Source of the DNA: Octopus sinensis
Lineage: Eukaryota
Assembly (NCBI RefSeq): GCF_006345805.1
Contig: NC_043026.1
Span: 11,635,579-11,699,578 of the forward strand
Length of the DNA: 64,000 bases
Direction of reading: 5' to 3'
The position numbers were made by a program, and so were the translations under genes. This document shows positions 43,850-58,868 of this stretch, piece after piece (position 1 is the first letter of the stretch; every line of letters begins with the position of its first letter). The notes below the pieces were generated by a model. The model ran no database searches. It saw only the letters and a program-made list of their open reading frames with translations, and was not told the DNA's origin.

Positions 43850-45308
43850 ATTTGGCGCTGGCTACGGCCGCGTTCGGATGGTTCTCTTATGTGCCACTGG
43901 CACTCATATCACGTGTATATGTATATGTTTATCCCTACCACCATTGCCTGACAAGCGGTGGTATGCTTACACCTCCGTAACTTAATGGTTCAGCAAAACA
44001 GACTAATAAAACAATTACCAGGCTTACAAAGAATAAATCCTGGGGTCAATTTGTTCGACTAAAACCTAAGTTGGTGTTCAAGCATTTTCACAGTCAAATG
44101 ACTGAAACAAGAAAGAGGTGAATGTGTTTATAGCAGGGATGTGCCGCCTGGGTAGGCAGTGTCTACCCTGAATAAAATAGATCGATAATAATAGTTTCCT
44201 TTTATGGCAAAACATGCACCAAATTCAATAAAATCAAGAGGGTTACTCTGATTACTCTGCATAAAAGACAATATAATTTATTTTTTTGTAGATCAGGTGG
44301 ATCTATTATTCAGGGACCATTTGAGCGGGATGGGCTACTCAACCTGAAGAAAATTCTAACTGGGCCCCACCGGCTAGGTCATGTGCAGTTTATCTTGATA
44401 TGAGATCACCATGTCGCACACATATGGTTGTGATGCATGTGCCTGGTGTACCTTTATCAGACGGGTAGTCATGATGGGTATATTGGGCTTCGTATATTTT
44501 ACCCCAGTGTCACTTTGATGGCATGAACTGTTCTCTCACTCAATAATAATAATAATAATTATAAAAATCTTGGTTCTTTTCACTTTGACAATACAAACAC
44601 TTATTATCCATCATCAGTTAAATATAACTAACATATAAACATAACAAATATATCTTTATTAATCACAAAACAATAAAATTAACCTATTCTATTCTCAAAA
44701 CAAATATAAATGTATTAACCATTAGGCTACTTATTATTTTAATGACATTTAAATAATATTTATATATTATACAAAACTCCCAAAAATAAGCAAACGTAAC
44801 CAGCAGTCGACCTGGCGCTGGCTACGGCCACGTTCGGATGGTTCTCTTACAAGCCACCGGCACTGGATACGGCCACGTTCGGATGGTTCTCTTACGTGCC
44901 ACTGGCACTGGTATCACTTGTATATATATATATGTGTGTGTTTATCCCTACCACCATTGCCTGACAAGCGGTGGTATGCTTACATCTCCGTAACTTAATG
45001 GTTCAGCAAAACAGACTAATAAAACAATTACCAGGCTTACAAAGAATAAACCCTGGGGTCGATGTGTTTGACTAAAACCTAAGTTGGTGTTCAAGCATTT
45101 TCACAGTCAAATGACTGAAACAAGAGGTGAACATGTTTATGGCAGGGATGTGCCGCCTGGGTAGGCAGTGTCTACCCTGGAGAAAATAGATCAATAATAA
45201 TAGTTTCCTTTTATGGAAAAACATGCACCAAATTCAATAAAATCAAGAGGGTTACTCTGATTACTCTGCATAAAATACAAAATAGTTAATTTTTTTGTAG
45301 ATCAGGTG
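43850..45308 (+). repeat. Local direct duplication (~43850-44300 vs ~44813-45308)
   Basis: ggctacggcc..ttcggatggttctctta through gtagatcaggtgg occurs twice. Confidence 0.8.
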
Positions 45309-45511
45309 GCCATAATTTGCCCCTACCTTTCAATTGCAGCATTAAAGCCATACATATGCTATGTACATTCCTCCAACATTGTTTTCCTTACATACTATAT
45401 AGGTAGAATTAAATCTGCCTCCAACATGGTTGCACGCCTTATTTTTCTTTGTTTTACAACATTAACATCACCTACTGCCGACCCTGAGTAATTACTGTTA
45501 ACACATGCCTG
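45143..45511. mobile_element. hAT-type MITE (369 bp)
   Basis: gtttatgg|CAGGGATGTG...CACATGCCTG|gtttatag; 8-bp TSD; empty site gtttatag at 5657-5664 in the paralogous block; truncated copy from 44134. Confidence 0.8.
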
Positions 45512-46434
45512 GTTTATAGACTTTACCAATTGATTCTTCCCAAATATAACAATATTGGTTTCAACACACTCAAAACAAATTCAAAATCTGGAGGAAATTG
45601 CTTTTATTAAAACTATTACAGAGGTAAGTTATCTCAACAGTGTTTAGTTGAGTTAATATAAAACATAGAGTGTGGGAAGGCTCTTATCACACACTGTTAT
45701 ATTTCTTTTCCAATGTACATACATTTAATTATAGAAGACGGTGTTTGTTTTTAAATTTTCATAGAAAGAAAGAAATTTGACACTAAACCATATTCCTTCA
45801 TGTGGTAAGCAGAAAATAAAAAAAGGTTGGCATCATTAAAAGTTCAAACAGCTGTAAAAGACAACCTCAGAAAGAGAGCCAATGATGGGTGGCTTGGTTG
45901 TTGTCATGGGTAAAGTTCACAAAGCTAAGCCCACCTCATTTCAGGTGGGTACTTAAATGTTTTTTGGTTGTTAAGAAATTCCACATTGCTCCTATAAATA
46001 TATACCTGTGTGGTCCGGCCTGGAACCGGGTGCATGCTTCAAAGAAGCAAGGATACTGGTCGGCCGGATAACCTGAACGAGTCTAGAAAATGTGACTTTT
46101 TGTGTGTTTTAAACAAAGAAAAAAGAATTCTGAACATTGTGTTAAGTAAGAGGTTTATTGCCTCATTGTGTCTTTGGGGAAAAGGGAAAAAAGAACATTG
46201 TTTTAGAGAAGCAAAAGTCAGCGGGCGCTTTTCCTCTTCTCCCATCATCATTCATACCATCAATGTCCGTGTCCAGCCCGCGAAGCTTCCATCTGTGTGA
46301 TGCCCTTTTGGCAAATTATATGAAATAAAGAAGTTCCACATTGATACAGTTACACTTTCAACTGGATACATATGTGTCTAGATAAGCCATGACCTTGAGA
46401 GAATGATTTACCACAAATATCAGTGATGTGGCTT

Positions 46435-48240
46435 CTATCCTGTATGAGGACATTTGTGTACTCTTAAATTACTAAGTTGAGAAAATGATCTGCTACAAAT
46501 ATCACATTTATAAGGCTTCTCCCCTGTATGAGTACGTTTATGTCTTGTTAGGCGACTACTTAAAGAGAATGATTTACCACAGATATCACACTGATATGGT
46601 TTCTCTCCTGTATGAGCACGCTTATGTATTGTTAAGTGACTACTTAAAGAGAATGATTTACCACAGATATCACACTGATATGGCTTCTCACCAGTGTGAC
46701 TACGCTTATGTACTATTAAACTACTACTGTCAGAGAATGACTTCTTACAAATATCACACTGATATGGTTTCTCTCCTGTATGAATACGCTTGTGTATTGT
46801 TAAGCCAGAACTTACAGCGAATGATTTACTGCAGATATTACACTGATATGGCTTCTCCCCTGTGTGACTACGCCTGTGTGACTTCAAATTACTACTTTGA
46901 GAGAATGACTTCCCACAAATATCACACTTATATGGCTTCTTTCCTGTATGAATATACTTGTGTGTTCTTAAACTACGACTGTCAGAGAATGACTTCTTAC
47001 AGACATCACACTGAAATGGTTTCTCTCCTGTATGAATACGTTTGTGAATAGTCAAATTGTTACTGTGCGAAAAATATTTATTGCAGATATCACACTGGTA
47101 TGGCTTCTCTCCTGTATGAATACGTTTGTGAGAATTCAAAGCACTGCTTACAGAGAATGATTTACCACAGATATTACACTGATATGGCTTCTCTCCTGTA
47201 TGAATACGTTGGTGAGATGTTAATTGAATATTTTGAGGAAATGATTTACCACAGAAATCACAACTGTATGGCCTCTCTCCTGTGTGAATACGCTTATGTT
47301 TATTTAAATTATTCTTTTGAGAGAATGATTTACCACAGATATCACAGTTATATGGCTTCTCTCCTGTATGAATAGATTTATGTACTTTTAAAGCATTATT
47401 GTGATGGAATGATTTACCACAGATATCACAGTGATAAGGCTTCTCTCCTGTATGAATACGTTTGTGTGATTGTAAGCTACAACTTACACTGAATGTTTCA
47501 CCACAGATATTACACTGATATGGCTTTTCTCCTGTATGTACACGCTTGTGTGCAGTGAAGTAGTCAAGTCGAGAAAATGATTTACTACAAATATCACACT
47601 TATATGGCTTCTCTCCCGTATGAATCCGTTTGTGAGAAGTTAATGAAGTATTTCGGGTGAAAGATTTACCACAAATGCCACACTTATATGGTTTCTCTCC
47701 TGTATGAATACGTTTGTGTTTAGTTACGCTTGATGACAAAGAAAATGATTTACCACAGACATCACAGTGATATGGCTTCTCTCCTGTATGAATTCGTTTG
47801 TGTTTAGTTAAGTCAGAACCTTGAGTGAATGATTTACCACAGATATTACAGCAATATGGTTTCTCTCCTGTATGAACACGCTTGTGAGATATGAAAGCAT
47901 CACTTCGAGAGAATGATTTACCACAAATACCACAGTGATATGGCTTCTCTCCTGTATGGGTACGTTTGTGTCTAGTTACGTTATCATTCTGAGAGAAGGA
48001 TTTGCCACAGATATCACATCCATATGGCTTCTCTTCCGTATGAACTCGTTGGTGAAATGTTAAACTACTACGTAAAGAGAATGATTTCCCACAGATATTG
48101 CAGCAAAATTGCTTCTTCCTTGTATTATTGCACTTACGTTTTGTTAGGTTACCATTTTCAGAGAATGACTTTTCACAGATATTAAATTCACATGATGGCT
48201 TTCCTCTGTCTTTAGGCATGTCTCCAACAGAAAAATTCAT
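46435..48240 (-). CDS. Poly-C2H2 zinc-finger protein, family A copy 2 (~20 fingers)
   Basis: 601-aa ORF; N-terminal [11 protein letters not shown] and flanks homologous to 5655-10415. Confidence 0.93.
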   Translation of the reverse strand: MNFSVGDMPKDRGKPSCEFNICEKSFSENGNLTKRKCNNTRKKQFCCNICGKSFSLRSSLTFHQRVHTEEKPYGCDICGKSFSQNDNVTRHKRTHTGEKPYHCGICGKSFSRSDAFISHKRVHTGEKPYCCNICGKSFTQGSDLTKHKRIHTGEKPYHCDVCGKSFSLSSSVTKHKRIHTGEKPYKCGICGKSFTRNTSLTSHKRIHTGEKPYKCDICSKSFSRLDYFTAHKRVHTGEKPYQCNICGETFSVSCSLQSHKRIHTGEKPYHCDICGKSFHHNNALKVHKSIHTGEKPYNCDICGKSFSQKNNLNKHKRIHTGERPYSCDFCGKSFPQNIQLTSHQRIHTGEKPYQCNICGKSFSVSSALNSHKRIHTGEKPYQCDICNKYFSHSNNLTIHKRIHTGEKPFQCDVCKKSFSDSRSLRTHKYIHTGKKPYKCDICGKSFSQSSNLKSHRRSHTGEKPYQCNICSKSFAVSSGLTIHKRIHTGEKPYQCDICKKSFSDSSSLIVHKRSHTGEKPYQCDICGKSFSLSSHLTIHKRAHTGEKPYQCDICGKSFSLSSRLTRHKRTHTGEKPYKCDICSRSFSQLSNLRVHKCPHTG

Positions 48241-50040
48241 CTAGTTTTTGCAATATTTATTTCTGAAATAATAATATGTCTATATTTCTATATATTTTTT
48301 GTTCCTATTCTTTAATCGTTGCTATTTTTTCAGCTGCTGTATTTCTGTCCAATTTTCCTTTTATCTAAAAACTTCTGAAAATTTATCCAAGTTTTATTAG
48401 CACACAAACTCACTTTGTATACACTCCAGATTATGACACAGAAATTTTGCTAATAATCTCAGTTCAGAGCAAAATGTCATTGGAATTTTACAATGAATTT
48501 ATAGAAATAATGCTAGCTGTCTCTTCCATATAGCATTTAAAAGATAGAATGGTTTGAAGGTGCATTTTCTGTTATGCCAATGTCATCTGTTATTCTGAAA
48601 TAATGAAAAAAAAATCAGTTTAAAATATGGAGGCTACTTGAAAAGCAGAGATTTAATAGCGGAAAACTTATACCATTTCTATAGAGATTAATTGCAGAAA
48701 GAAATATTTACTTTCACGACTGAACATTTTAATTTACTAAAATTTACATAACAGAAGCATATACATTTGTAAACAAGAGCTACACCTTCACATTGTGCTA
48801 AAATGTATTAAACTATAAAATAGTAGACGATAACACTCTCTCTCTCCAAAATAATAATTGGACATGGTTATTCAGCCCCAGGTCAGCTTTGACTGGACAA
48901 ACATGATTCAAAGCATTCTCTCCAAAGACATCGTCATCACCACCATAGAACACATTGACAATTGTTGAACGATTTGTTTTAATTTGCCTCTTATGGCATG
49001 GTTTCTATGGTTTGATGCCCTTCCTTATGCCAGTCACCTTATAGAGTGTACTAAGTGCCAGCAAAAGTGCCCTTTATGTGGCACCATTACAAGTGCTCTT
49101 TATGCGGCACCAGCACGCGGTGCTTTTGTCATGGCACCAGCATTTGTAGAAATAACACACAGAGCAACAAGCACGCACGCACAACCCATTGGCTTTGTCT
49201 TCCCAATTGACAATTGAAAAGACAACATGTGGTCACGGAAATACCGATTCAGTGTTTACATTATTTCGAGTTAAAACGAAAGATCGCCAAGCACAGGAAT
49301 CGATGTAATCGACTTATTCACCAGCTAAATTGCTGGCATTGTCATAAAATTTGAAACCAAATTATAACAGACTGAGTCTAGTGTAATACAAAATATTTCT
49401 CAAACTAAACCATACAACAAACTAACGTTGCAACGATGGACAGGCAACAAAATAGGTTTCATAGCAAGAAATAGCAGCCAAATCACGCAGAAAGTATGCA
49501 AATTTCATGTATAAAATGTAGGACAGACACAAAGAATCAATTCGTCAAAAACAAATGACTACAAAACTAAAAGACGAAATATTTTCATTGTTTAATTATA
49601 CTTACAGAAATGTTGTTATAACTCTGTGTGTGGTAGTTGTGAACTTTATTCTAAGTGTGTAGAATTGTTGGGAAATGTATTATAACAGTGTTTGTGGTGG
49701 ACGAGAAATGGTCAAATAAAAGTGCGTGGTGCTTGATTAAGAGGAATTCATTAAACAGTGAAAAATTTGGAACGGTTAAAGGGAATGAAGTTCAGTGCGC
49801 ATGCGTATGTCGTATTACCGCTTTCCAGCCGCTCACTCTTGCTTCAGTTCTTTTTCCTCTCATTCCTTTTGAAAAGATGTCACAAATATTTTTGCCTCCA
49901 GGCAAACTACAATGTGGTACCCCATAATCTGTCTGAGTTAAATAATAAATCAGTTAATGATTTAATGAAAAATATCTTCCATCGTAACAATAAATGTATT
50001 TTCACAGGAAAAAATAAAACCATGTGTGATAACACTATTA

Positions 50041-50438
50041 CGATCCTTTCGGTTTGACCGGCAGTTTTTTAAAAATAATTTCCACGTACCTAAACACTTT
50101 TAAACTTCGTATACTGGTAGAATGTGTCAAAAGAAAACATCTTTTTCTCTTGCTTTATTGAGAAAATTCTATGGTTTGTAGGATATGTTTTTTTCTTCAA
50201 TTTCAACCAATCAATGACGTCTATTGAGGTGAATTCAATTTCTGCCGTAGTGTCAATTATTTCCCGTGTTATATGAAATTGTCCGTTATTTATGAGAAAA
50301 TAGATACCCCGTGGCCATAAACTGAGGGGTCACTCGTAAACAGAGCTGGATAACAAAACCATCCCCTCTTTAGTGTCCACCCATAATTATGACCCTAGTA
50401 TCGATCTATTGCATTTCAATCTGGTTTAGGGTTAGGGT

Positions 50439-50440
<2 letters not shown>
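50041..50440 (+). mobile_element. Fragment related to the GGATC-terminal TIR element family
   Basis: gatcctttcggttt...aaacttcgtatactggtagaatgtgtcaaaag matches 16640-16728. Confidence 0.5.
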
Positions 50441-50470
<30 letters not shown>

Positions 50471-50818
50471 AAGCGATATTTTCCTCTAACATAAGTAATC
50501 TATTCATGACAAATGTTTCTTAATAATGGAGCTAATCTTAATCAATTCATCTGAGTACTTGTAATCTTATAGTGAACCACGTATTTGTTTTTAATCCCTT
50601 ACCCTGTGTGCCTTGGCATGATTTGCGCAAACCCAACCACATAGGTTATCCTATTTAAAGTCATAAATATATTTTCTGGGTGTAAGGTCATACATGGCCG
50701 TGTAGTGAAAAGCTTACTCCGCTAGTTGACGTGAGGCATTTACCAGTGATGTCACGCAATGGGACCAAATCCGGAACGTGGTGATTGCAGTCAATTTAAA
50801 ACATAAATAAAGCAATAA

Positions 50819-51137
50819 AGGGTATAAACCCCCTTCGGTCACGAATGACCATGGGATTGCACCTAGAAAGTTACCCTCCTAGACACAAGTCCGGGCAAGG
50901 TTGTTTATTGAAGACCAGCAGTCGCCCATGCATACCGGCCTCCCCTCTCCACGCCACCAGTGTTATCCAAGGGCCGATACAGCTTGGCACCTTTGACGTC
51001 GCAACTCATTTCTACAGCTGAGTGAACTGGAGCAACGTGAAATAAAGTGCTTTTCTCAAGAACACAACACGCAGCCCGGTCCGGGATTCGAGCTCACAAC
51101 CTCACGATCGTAAGCTCGACGCTCTAACCTCTGAGCC
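50819..51137 (-). mobile_element. tRNA-derived SINE (family 2) with 12-bp TSD
   Basis: Reverse complement of 5030-5367; flanked by ataaagcaataa at 50807 and 51138. Confidence 0.88.
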
Positions 51138-51374
51138 ATAAAGCAATAAGCATAATATACTTACATAAAAATTATAAGTATTATGCAATACATCAAATAA
51201 TTATTATCCATCATCAGTTAAATATAACTAACATATAAACATAACGAATATATCCTTATTAACACAAAACAATAAAATTAACCTATTCTATACTCAAAAG
51301 AAATATATATACCATTAAGCTACTTATAATTTTCATATTTAAATAATATTTATATATTATACAAAACTCCCAAA

Positions 51375-51998
51375 AAGCAAACGTAACCACCCGGCTATGA
51401 ATCGTCAACGAACTTAGATTTTATTGTCGCGATAACAGTATAAGGGAGATAACTCAGAAGTAAAAACGGTTGACAATTTATTCAAAAATATTTGTGTCTG
51501 CTTTGACAATTCTATGAATTTGAGGTCTTGTCCTGTTCTAAAATATTGATGGATCTACACAATTTATAGATAGACTAAAAATTTATTGCAGATTAATACA
51601 AAAACTGCAGTAATAATGTCCTTCCTCCAGCTGGTTGTGAATCCGCCCCTACTCCTAGTCAAACCGGATCGAGCAAACTCCTGGCCAAACATTGTTTCTT
51701 CCAGTCTTTTCATGGATATATTTTATTGTATTGTGTCCTTTCGCTTACATGTAGGTATAATGTGGTTCGCTGTTGATTTGGTTGGTACCAGCACAGCGAG
51801 AAGACCACATACAGAACATCCCGCCAATTTAGAACAAATCACCAACTATAAATTGTCGTTTCGTAATCTAAAACTGTACAAATTTTATTTCTTTCGAAGA
51901 GATTAATTCACAAGAAAAAATACACATTGTTTCTAAGATGGTCTCTCATTCACAGAAGTGTGATGTCAACACTAAAAATACTTTTTCTCATCGCACTT
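51375..51998 (+). repeat. Left arm of ~630-bp inverted repeat bracketing the histone genes
   Basis: Reverse complement of ~62409-63060. Confidence 0.85.
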
Positions 51999-52458
51999 CT
52001 GAATGGAATACTCAACTTGGTCCTTAACGCTAATATGATGTAGATACAAGTTTCCCAGTCCAGTGGCCCTTCTGTTAGAATATGGATCAAGGTTTACTTC
52101 AATATCAGATCTTCCTCGCATATAAACCACATACCGCTCCTCTCCTACACTATCGGCCTGCATTTGATAGTTCTAATCCAGCAGCGTGCTCTTGGTACTA
52201 AGTACATTTGCTACCAACCAAAAAGGCCTCTTACAGTTCAAGTACGCAGTGCCAAATGAATTGGAATGAATAAATTCAAAGCTTAAAACGCTAGTCACAA
52301 CAGAAGCAAATCCACGAGGGACGAACAGTAGCCACAAAAAAATACCAAACCCACAACTCCAGAACAAAAACATGTCATTTCGAAACAACTCACGATACTA
52401 GAACACGAAAACATACCACTATCTTAAGGGTTAGTAGAACTTTACGAAAAAATTTAGA

Positions 52459-52474
52459 GGCCCTGAAAAGGGCC
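52459..52474 (-). terminator. Histone 3' stem-loop (H3)
   Basis: GGCCCTTTTCAGGGCC on minus strand. Confidence 0.95.
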
Positions 52475-52508
52475 GTTGGGCTAAAGCAGTAGCTTCATTA
52501 TTTTCAAC

Positions 52509-53528
<1,020 letters not shown>

Positions 53529-53568
53529 ACTGGTGAAGTTTTTGTGGTCGTGAATAGCGACAAAACCC

Positions 53569-53584
53569 GGCCCTTTTCAGGGCC
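53569..53584 (+). terminator. Histone 3' stem-loop (H4)
   Basis: GGCCCTTTTCAGGGCC. Confidence 0.95.
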
Positions 53585-53825
53585 ACTCATATCTTAATGT
53601 AAGCCACCTCACCTTTTCGATATGCTTAAGTAGATTTAGTTTGAATATCTGCTTCGGTTTCTTCCTTGAGTTTCTCAATCTTTTTCGTTTATTTCACAGA
53701 TATCAGTTTGCAGCTTTTCCAAAGTTTTGCCTTTTGCATTTTTTTCTTCGATTTTCCATTTTAACCTCAGGGTTAAACCCTTTCTTGTTTTCCTTTTGTT
53801 TACGAGCGGACCCACGATCTTTCGG

Positions 53826-55978
53826 TTAAACCCGGTCAAAGAAAGATTGCCAATTTGTGTAATAGGCGTAAAACAACTTCTAAACGAATATGAAAAAAAA
53901 TGCGCACACGCGAAAGGGGAGTTGGGGTGAGGCTTCGGAAGATTTGCATCGGGAATTTCTGAAAGCGTCTGACCCGGGCACAAAAACAAAAACAGTGTAA
54001 TAGGTGTAAAACAACTTGCTCTAAACGAATATGATGAAAAAATTGCGCGCTCGTGAAGGGGTGGTGGGGGAGAGGCTTCGGAAATTTCACATCTCCAGTC
54101 CACGGCCTTTAAACTAAGAAAAAAATAGTGTAATTGGGTGTAAAACTACTTGTTCTAAACGAGTATCAAGAACACACTCACACATGAATCAAACTCCGTA
54201 TTTTTGTACGTATTTCGCAAAAAAAAAAAAAAAAATTAAAGAAATTCTGGAAAAAGTGAAGTGTTGGATCTCCGCCATGTGAATCAAAATGCGTGTCAGA
54301 ATCTAACTATATATAAATCAATTGACAATGCATATATGGATTCGTCTTTCTCTTCGCTTAGTCGTTTTTACCGAATTTTATTTGGCCTGATAAAGTTTAT
54401 AAGTATTTTCTCCATTTCAGATAAGCATCCGTTGGGTACAGATTTACTAGCGTAGCAAGATTGCAGTCAGTTGTTTATTTAGTCGGCTACAATAGGTTAT
54501 ACTATACTATATGATTGTATTTAAGTTCCAGTAAAAATAATAAAATAAAAAGTAAGCAGATCAATTTTTTTAAAGAATAATATAAATGTACGTTTGTAAT
54601 GTACCCTTTTAAAATTCTCGGGTATCTATCTATCAAACAAATGTCAGGTGTTTTAAAATTTGTTCAGTGGAAAAATAGGTAGTGAGATAAATTTGGTCGT
54701 TCCTCCCTGAGTCTAGAATAACAAAGTAACATTTTACTTGTTTCAGTCAGTTGACTGCGGCCATGCTAGAGCACCGCCTTTAGTCGAGCAACTCGACCCC
54801 GGGACTTACGTACACGCACATATATATATATATATATACATATATACGACGGGCTTCTTTCAGTTTCCGTCTACCAAGTCCACTCAAGGCTTTGGTCGGG
54901 TCGGGGCTATAGCAGAAGACACTTGCCCAAGGTGCCACGCAGTGGGACTGAACCATGTGGTTGGTAGGCAAGCTACTTACCACACAGCCACTCCTGCGCC
55001 TATATTAATCATAATTTTCCAAAAAGCCTAACAATTTGCATATGTCTTGCTCTAATTTCAGAATATTTTCATTTCAATTACCAGCAGGTCATCTATTAGT
55101 TGACAGCAAGAGAAAGATTAACTGCGATATATGTATATTCACTCGGAAGGATTATAAATAAACCAATCAAAGAATGTTTCACTGTAAGTTGGCTGCCGAG
55201 TTTCGGTGGGAAAAACAGGGCTCGTGGGGTCGGCAATCGCGGTGTTCCCACTTCATGTGTCGTTTTTATGTTGTGCTGTAAAAATTTGTGTATCATTCGA
55301 TTTCTTCGATTTTTGTTTTCAATCTCATGTAATAATTTTTAAAGATCATTTATATGTAAATTTCATCTGTGTCTCATGACCCCAAATCATGATGTATTGT
55401 CCCCCTCTTCGTTAGCCCCTTGTGGGTAATAAAGAAATATGACCTAAGTGTGTTTATGTAACTGTATTTCTTGAAAAGATCTTGTAGAAAAACATGGTAC
55501 TAACAAGTTATCTCATAAGGAATGTTTTCTTTAACTTTAAAATTTCTTCACTTTTTCCAGAATTTCTCTTTTTTGTTGCGAAATACGTACAAAAATACGG
55601 AGTTTATGATTCATGTGTGAGTGTGTGTTCTTGATAATCGTTTAGAACAAGTAGTTTTACACCAATTACATTATTTTTTTCTTAGTTTAAAGGCCGTGGA
55701 CTGAAGATGTGAAATTTCCGAGGCCTCTTCCCCACCCCTCTTTCGCGAGCGTGCACTTTTTTCATCATATACGTTTAGAGCAAGTTGTTTTACACATTAC
55801 ACTTTTTTTTCTTGTTTTGGTGCCCGGGTCAGACGCTTGCGGAAATTCCCGATGTAAATTTTCCGAGGCCTCTCCCCACTCTCCTTTCGCGTGCGCGAAT
55901 TTTTTTTTCAAATTCGTTCAGAGGAAGTTGTTTTACACTATTACACAAGTTATTTTTTGTTTTTTTGACCGGGTTTAA
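53826..55978. mobile_element. ~2.15-kb foldback-like element with ~435-bp TIRs (53826-54261 / 55545-55978)
   Basis: ttaaacccggtcaaa...tttgaccgggtttaa; arms contain ~120-bp subrepeats; partial third arm at ~63820-63985. Confidence 0.75.
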
Positions 55979-56739
55979 CAAACACTATGCGTGGTCGCCC
56001 GAAACCCGATGGTTTAATGATTTGGATATCGGGTTGTATGTTTTTGCGAAAATCAATATTACTCCCAAAGAGTTCTGCATAAGTGCAGCTGAAGGCTATT
56101 TTAATATGTGGGATCGTCCTAAATGTACATGGATAAGGCACTCATGTTTACATTATTGACCTTTCAACCTCACCAATGGCAAACAGTAGCAGTTATTTAC
56201 AACGAAAAAAAAAGAAACAAATATAAAATACGCCCACAAATTGATTCTCACGGAGTTCAAATGATAGCGTGTTCATGAACAAATATTTTGAAAAATTAAT
56301 TTTCACCCTTCCACTAGACTTTATTGGCACTACTCACTTAAAACCATTTGTTTACAAAATTACATTTTCAGACGATAGGGTGTTTAGGGAGACTTTAGCT
56401 ATTACAAGCACATCCCACGACCACCTCGGTATTCTTTCGTTATGCGTTGAAAAATTACGTCAAACGGAAACAGCTGTTTTACTCAAAGCGTTCGGTAATT
56501 TCTAGAATTCTTTGTTCCTCTGATCTCATAAAAGAGAAATTTGACAGGGATGAGTAGTATGTCGACGGGGGTGTGATGCGAGACAGAAAGTGCATATATG
56601 AAGAAGGAGAATAAACAGCCAAACTTAACATATCTTTGAAAATTTTCAGAATCGGATCCTCCATCACCAAAAACGTGGGATTCCGTTAAAAGCGTATCCA
56701 CTTTTCCGAAAGTTGGGCGATCTTTCGTCTCTAGTAGAC

Positions 56740-57093
56740 CTTTCCGATTTCCGTAAAAAACTTTTATTATTTTACATATGGGCTTGCGGGAACTTTTGAA
56801 GTAATGAGAGCGAAAGAGACTAAGAGAAAGCGATTGTATGACGAGGGAAGTTCTTTTGAAGTTACCGTGCATGTGAAGCCATTGATGTACATGTGTGTTT
56901 GATGGGGTGTGGGAGACAGACAGTATGTTGTGTAAGTGAAGTGCTTCTGTTAGTGTGTGTGAAGAGAGAGTAATGTGTGAAAGAGAGATAACTGAAATTT
57001 TTTACTCGGTGTATGTGTATATGTATGTATATTACTTCAAAAGTTCCCGCAAGCCCATATGTAAAAAAAAAATTTTTTTACGGAAATCGAAAG
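56740..57093. repeat. Inverted repeat (~65-bp arms, ~225-bp spacer)
   Basis: tacatatgggcttgcgggaacttttgaagtaat vs attacttcaaaagttcccgcaagcccatatgta. Confidence 0.8.
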
Positions 57094-57788
57094 TTGCAAG
57101 GAAATAATCGGATCTTGTGTGAATTTTCCGAGGGTACCCACTCCCTAGGTTCGTTTGCGCACCCAGTAGGCTGCCTCTTTTTGCTCCTGTTAACGGGTGC
57201 ACTTTCATCTGACAAATAATTTTCTTAAAAAATGCATCTTCAAGGTGTGACAGCATTAGCCCCTGAAAAGGACTTGATTTACGAGTAAATTCAAGTTAAA
57301 TAAATTGTTCTATCTAAACAACGCAAATAGATTAGGAGCAAATTGCAAGATAATCCAAAAATTGTCGATCCTATAACAAATGTTCATACAAATTCGGTCG
57401 GGGGGTGCTAAAAACAGGTGTTATTTTGTTTATAAAAAATCATTTACTTTGTGTAAAGAAACCCATCTATTAATTTGCATACGCGCACAAGCGTAGGGAC
57501 CACTCTTCTCAAACAGTACCGTATTGTCATTGTATTTTACTACAAATATTCCGTCAATAACTCTTTATTAGATTAAAATAAAACAAAGTGGCTGCTACAC
57601 GGGAAAATACGGTAACGGTAGTGACAAGTTCGCTCGCTGGTTGCTAGTGTAGAAGGCAAGATGCACGGTGCTGACTAGAAAGGAAAAAAAGCGGAATCGT
57701 CTTCGCGCAACACATCTATGCGGTGAGTAACGAACTAAAATCGCAGATCAATAGACAATCGATAGTTTACAATCACGAAAATATAGGT

Positions 57789-57804
57789 GGCCCTTAAAAG
57801 GACC
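57789..57804 (-). terminator. Histone 3' stem-loop (H2B)
   Basis: GGTCCTTTTAAGGGCC on minus strand. Confidence 0.93.
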
Positions 57805-57825
57805 GTTTTCTCGAGAGACCAAGAT

Positions 57826-58203
57826 TTACTTGCTGCTGGTGTATTTGGTAACAGCCTTGGTACCTTCAGAGACGGCGTGCTTAGCCAACTCCCCAGGGAG
57901 AAGCAGACGGACAGCAGTCTGCACCTCACGGCTACTGATGGTTGAACGTTTGTTGTAGTGGGCCAAGCGGCTGGATTCAGAAGCTATTCTTTCGAACAAA
58001 TCGTTGACGAAACTGTTCATGATGGACATAGCTTTGCTGGAAATACCAGTGTCGGGGTGGACTTGTTTCATTACTTTGTAGATGTAGATGGAATAACTTT
58101 CCTTCCTCTTCTTCTTACGCTTCTTGTCTCCTGCGGGACGTGAAGATTTGGCCTTGGAAGCCTTCTTGGCTCCTTTCGAAGCGGTAGCTGGTGCTGGTGG
58201 CAT
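57826..58203 (-). CDS. H2B: Histone H2B
   Basis: ...[27 protein letters not shown]...[11 protein letters not shown]. Confidence 0.99.
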   Translation of the reverse strand: MPPAPATASKGAKKASKAKSSRPAGDKKRKKKRKESYSIYIYKVMKQVHPDTGISSKAMSIMNSFVNDLFERIASESSRLAHYNKRSTISSREVQTAVRLLLPGELAKHAVSEGTKAVTKYTSSK

Positions 58204-58456
58204 GATGTCACTAGTGCTGGTAACTTCGCAGCTACCCTATTTATAGCTGTCAAGTAGGCTCAGCAGATGAACATTTTTTGCAAATCGGCGCCGTTCATTT
58301 TCATTGGTTGAATTTGACAACTATGTCACGTGACAAAAGCCCGCTTATTTTTCACCTGCTTCTCGACTGCTGGAGCCGATTAAGCAGTATTTAAAGGCGA
58401 AAATCTCTATATAATTTTTTAATTCGCCTGTTACAAACTAGTATCGAACTTTGAAA
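58204..58456. promoter_or_regulatory. Divergent H2B/H2A promoter
   Basis: TATA-like boxes near 58238 (minus) and 58388 (plus); ATTGG near 58303; GTCACGTGAC at 58325. Confidence 0.75.
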
Positions 58457-58834
58457 ATGTCTGGACGTGGTAAAGGAGGTAAAGTGAAGGGAAAGAGCAA
58501 GACCCGTTCATCCCGTGCTGGACTTCAGTTCCCTGTCGGTCGTATCCACCGTCTTCTCCGTAAGGGAAACTATGCCCAACGTGTTGGTGCCGGAGCTCCA
58601 GTCTACTTGGCTGCAGTGATGGAATATTTGGCTGCCGAAGTGTTGGAATTGGCAGGAAATGCTGCCAGAGACAACAAGAAATCGAGAATTATTCCCCGTC
58701 ATTTGCAGTTGGCCATCCGTAACGACGAGGAGTTGAACAAACTTTTGTCTGGAGTGACCATCGCCCAAGGTGGTGTTCTCCCCAACATCCAGGCTGTTCT
58801 TCTCCCCAAGAAGACCCAGAAGGCTTCCAAGTAA
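58457..58834 (+). CDS. H2A: Histone H2A (canonical)
   Basis: [32 protein letters not shown]...; ATG at 58457; no SQEY motif. Confidence 0.99.
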   Translation: MSGRGKGGKVKGKSKTRSSRAGLQFPVGRIHRLLRKGNYAQRVGAGAPVYLAAVMEYLAAEVLELAGNAARDNKKSRIIPRHLQLAIRNDEELNKLLSGVTIAQGGVLPNIQAVLLPKKTQKASK

Positions 58835-58868
58835 GCGCCTTCGCTGATGGCGTTTGCCTTCGTATAAC

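Noticed and set aside
50425-50438. tttagggttaggg telomere-like motif
   Set aside because: Only two units, inside a dispersed repeat
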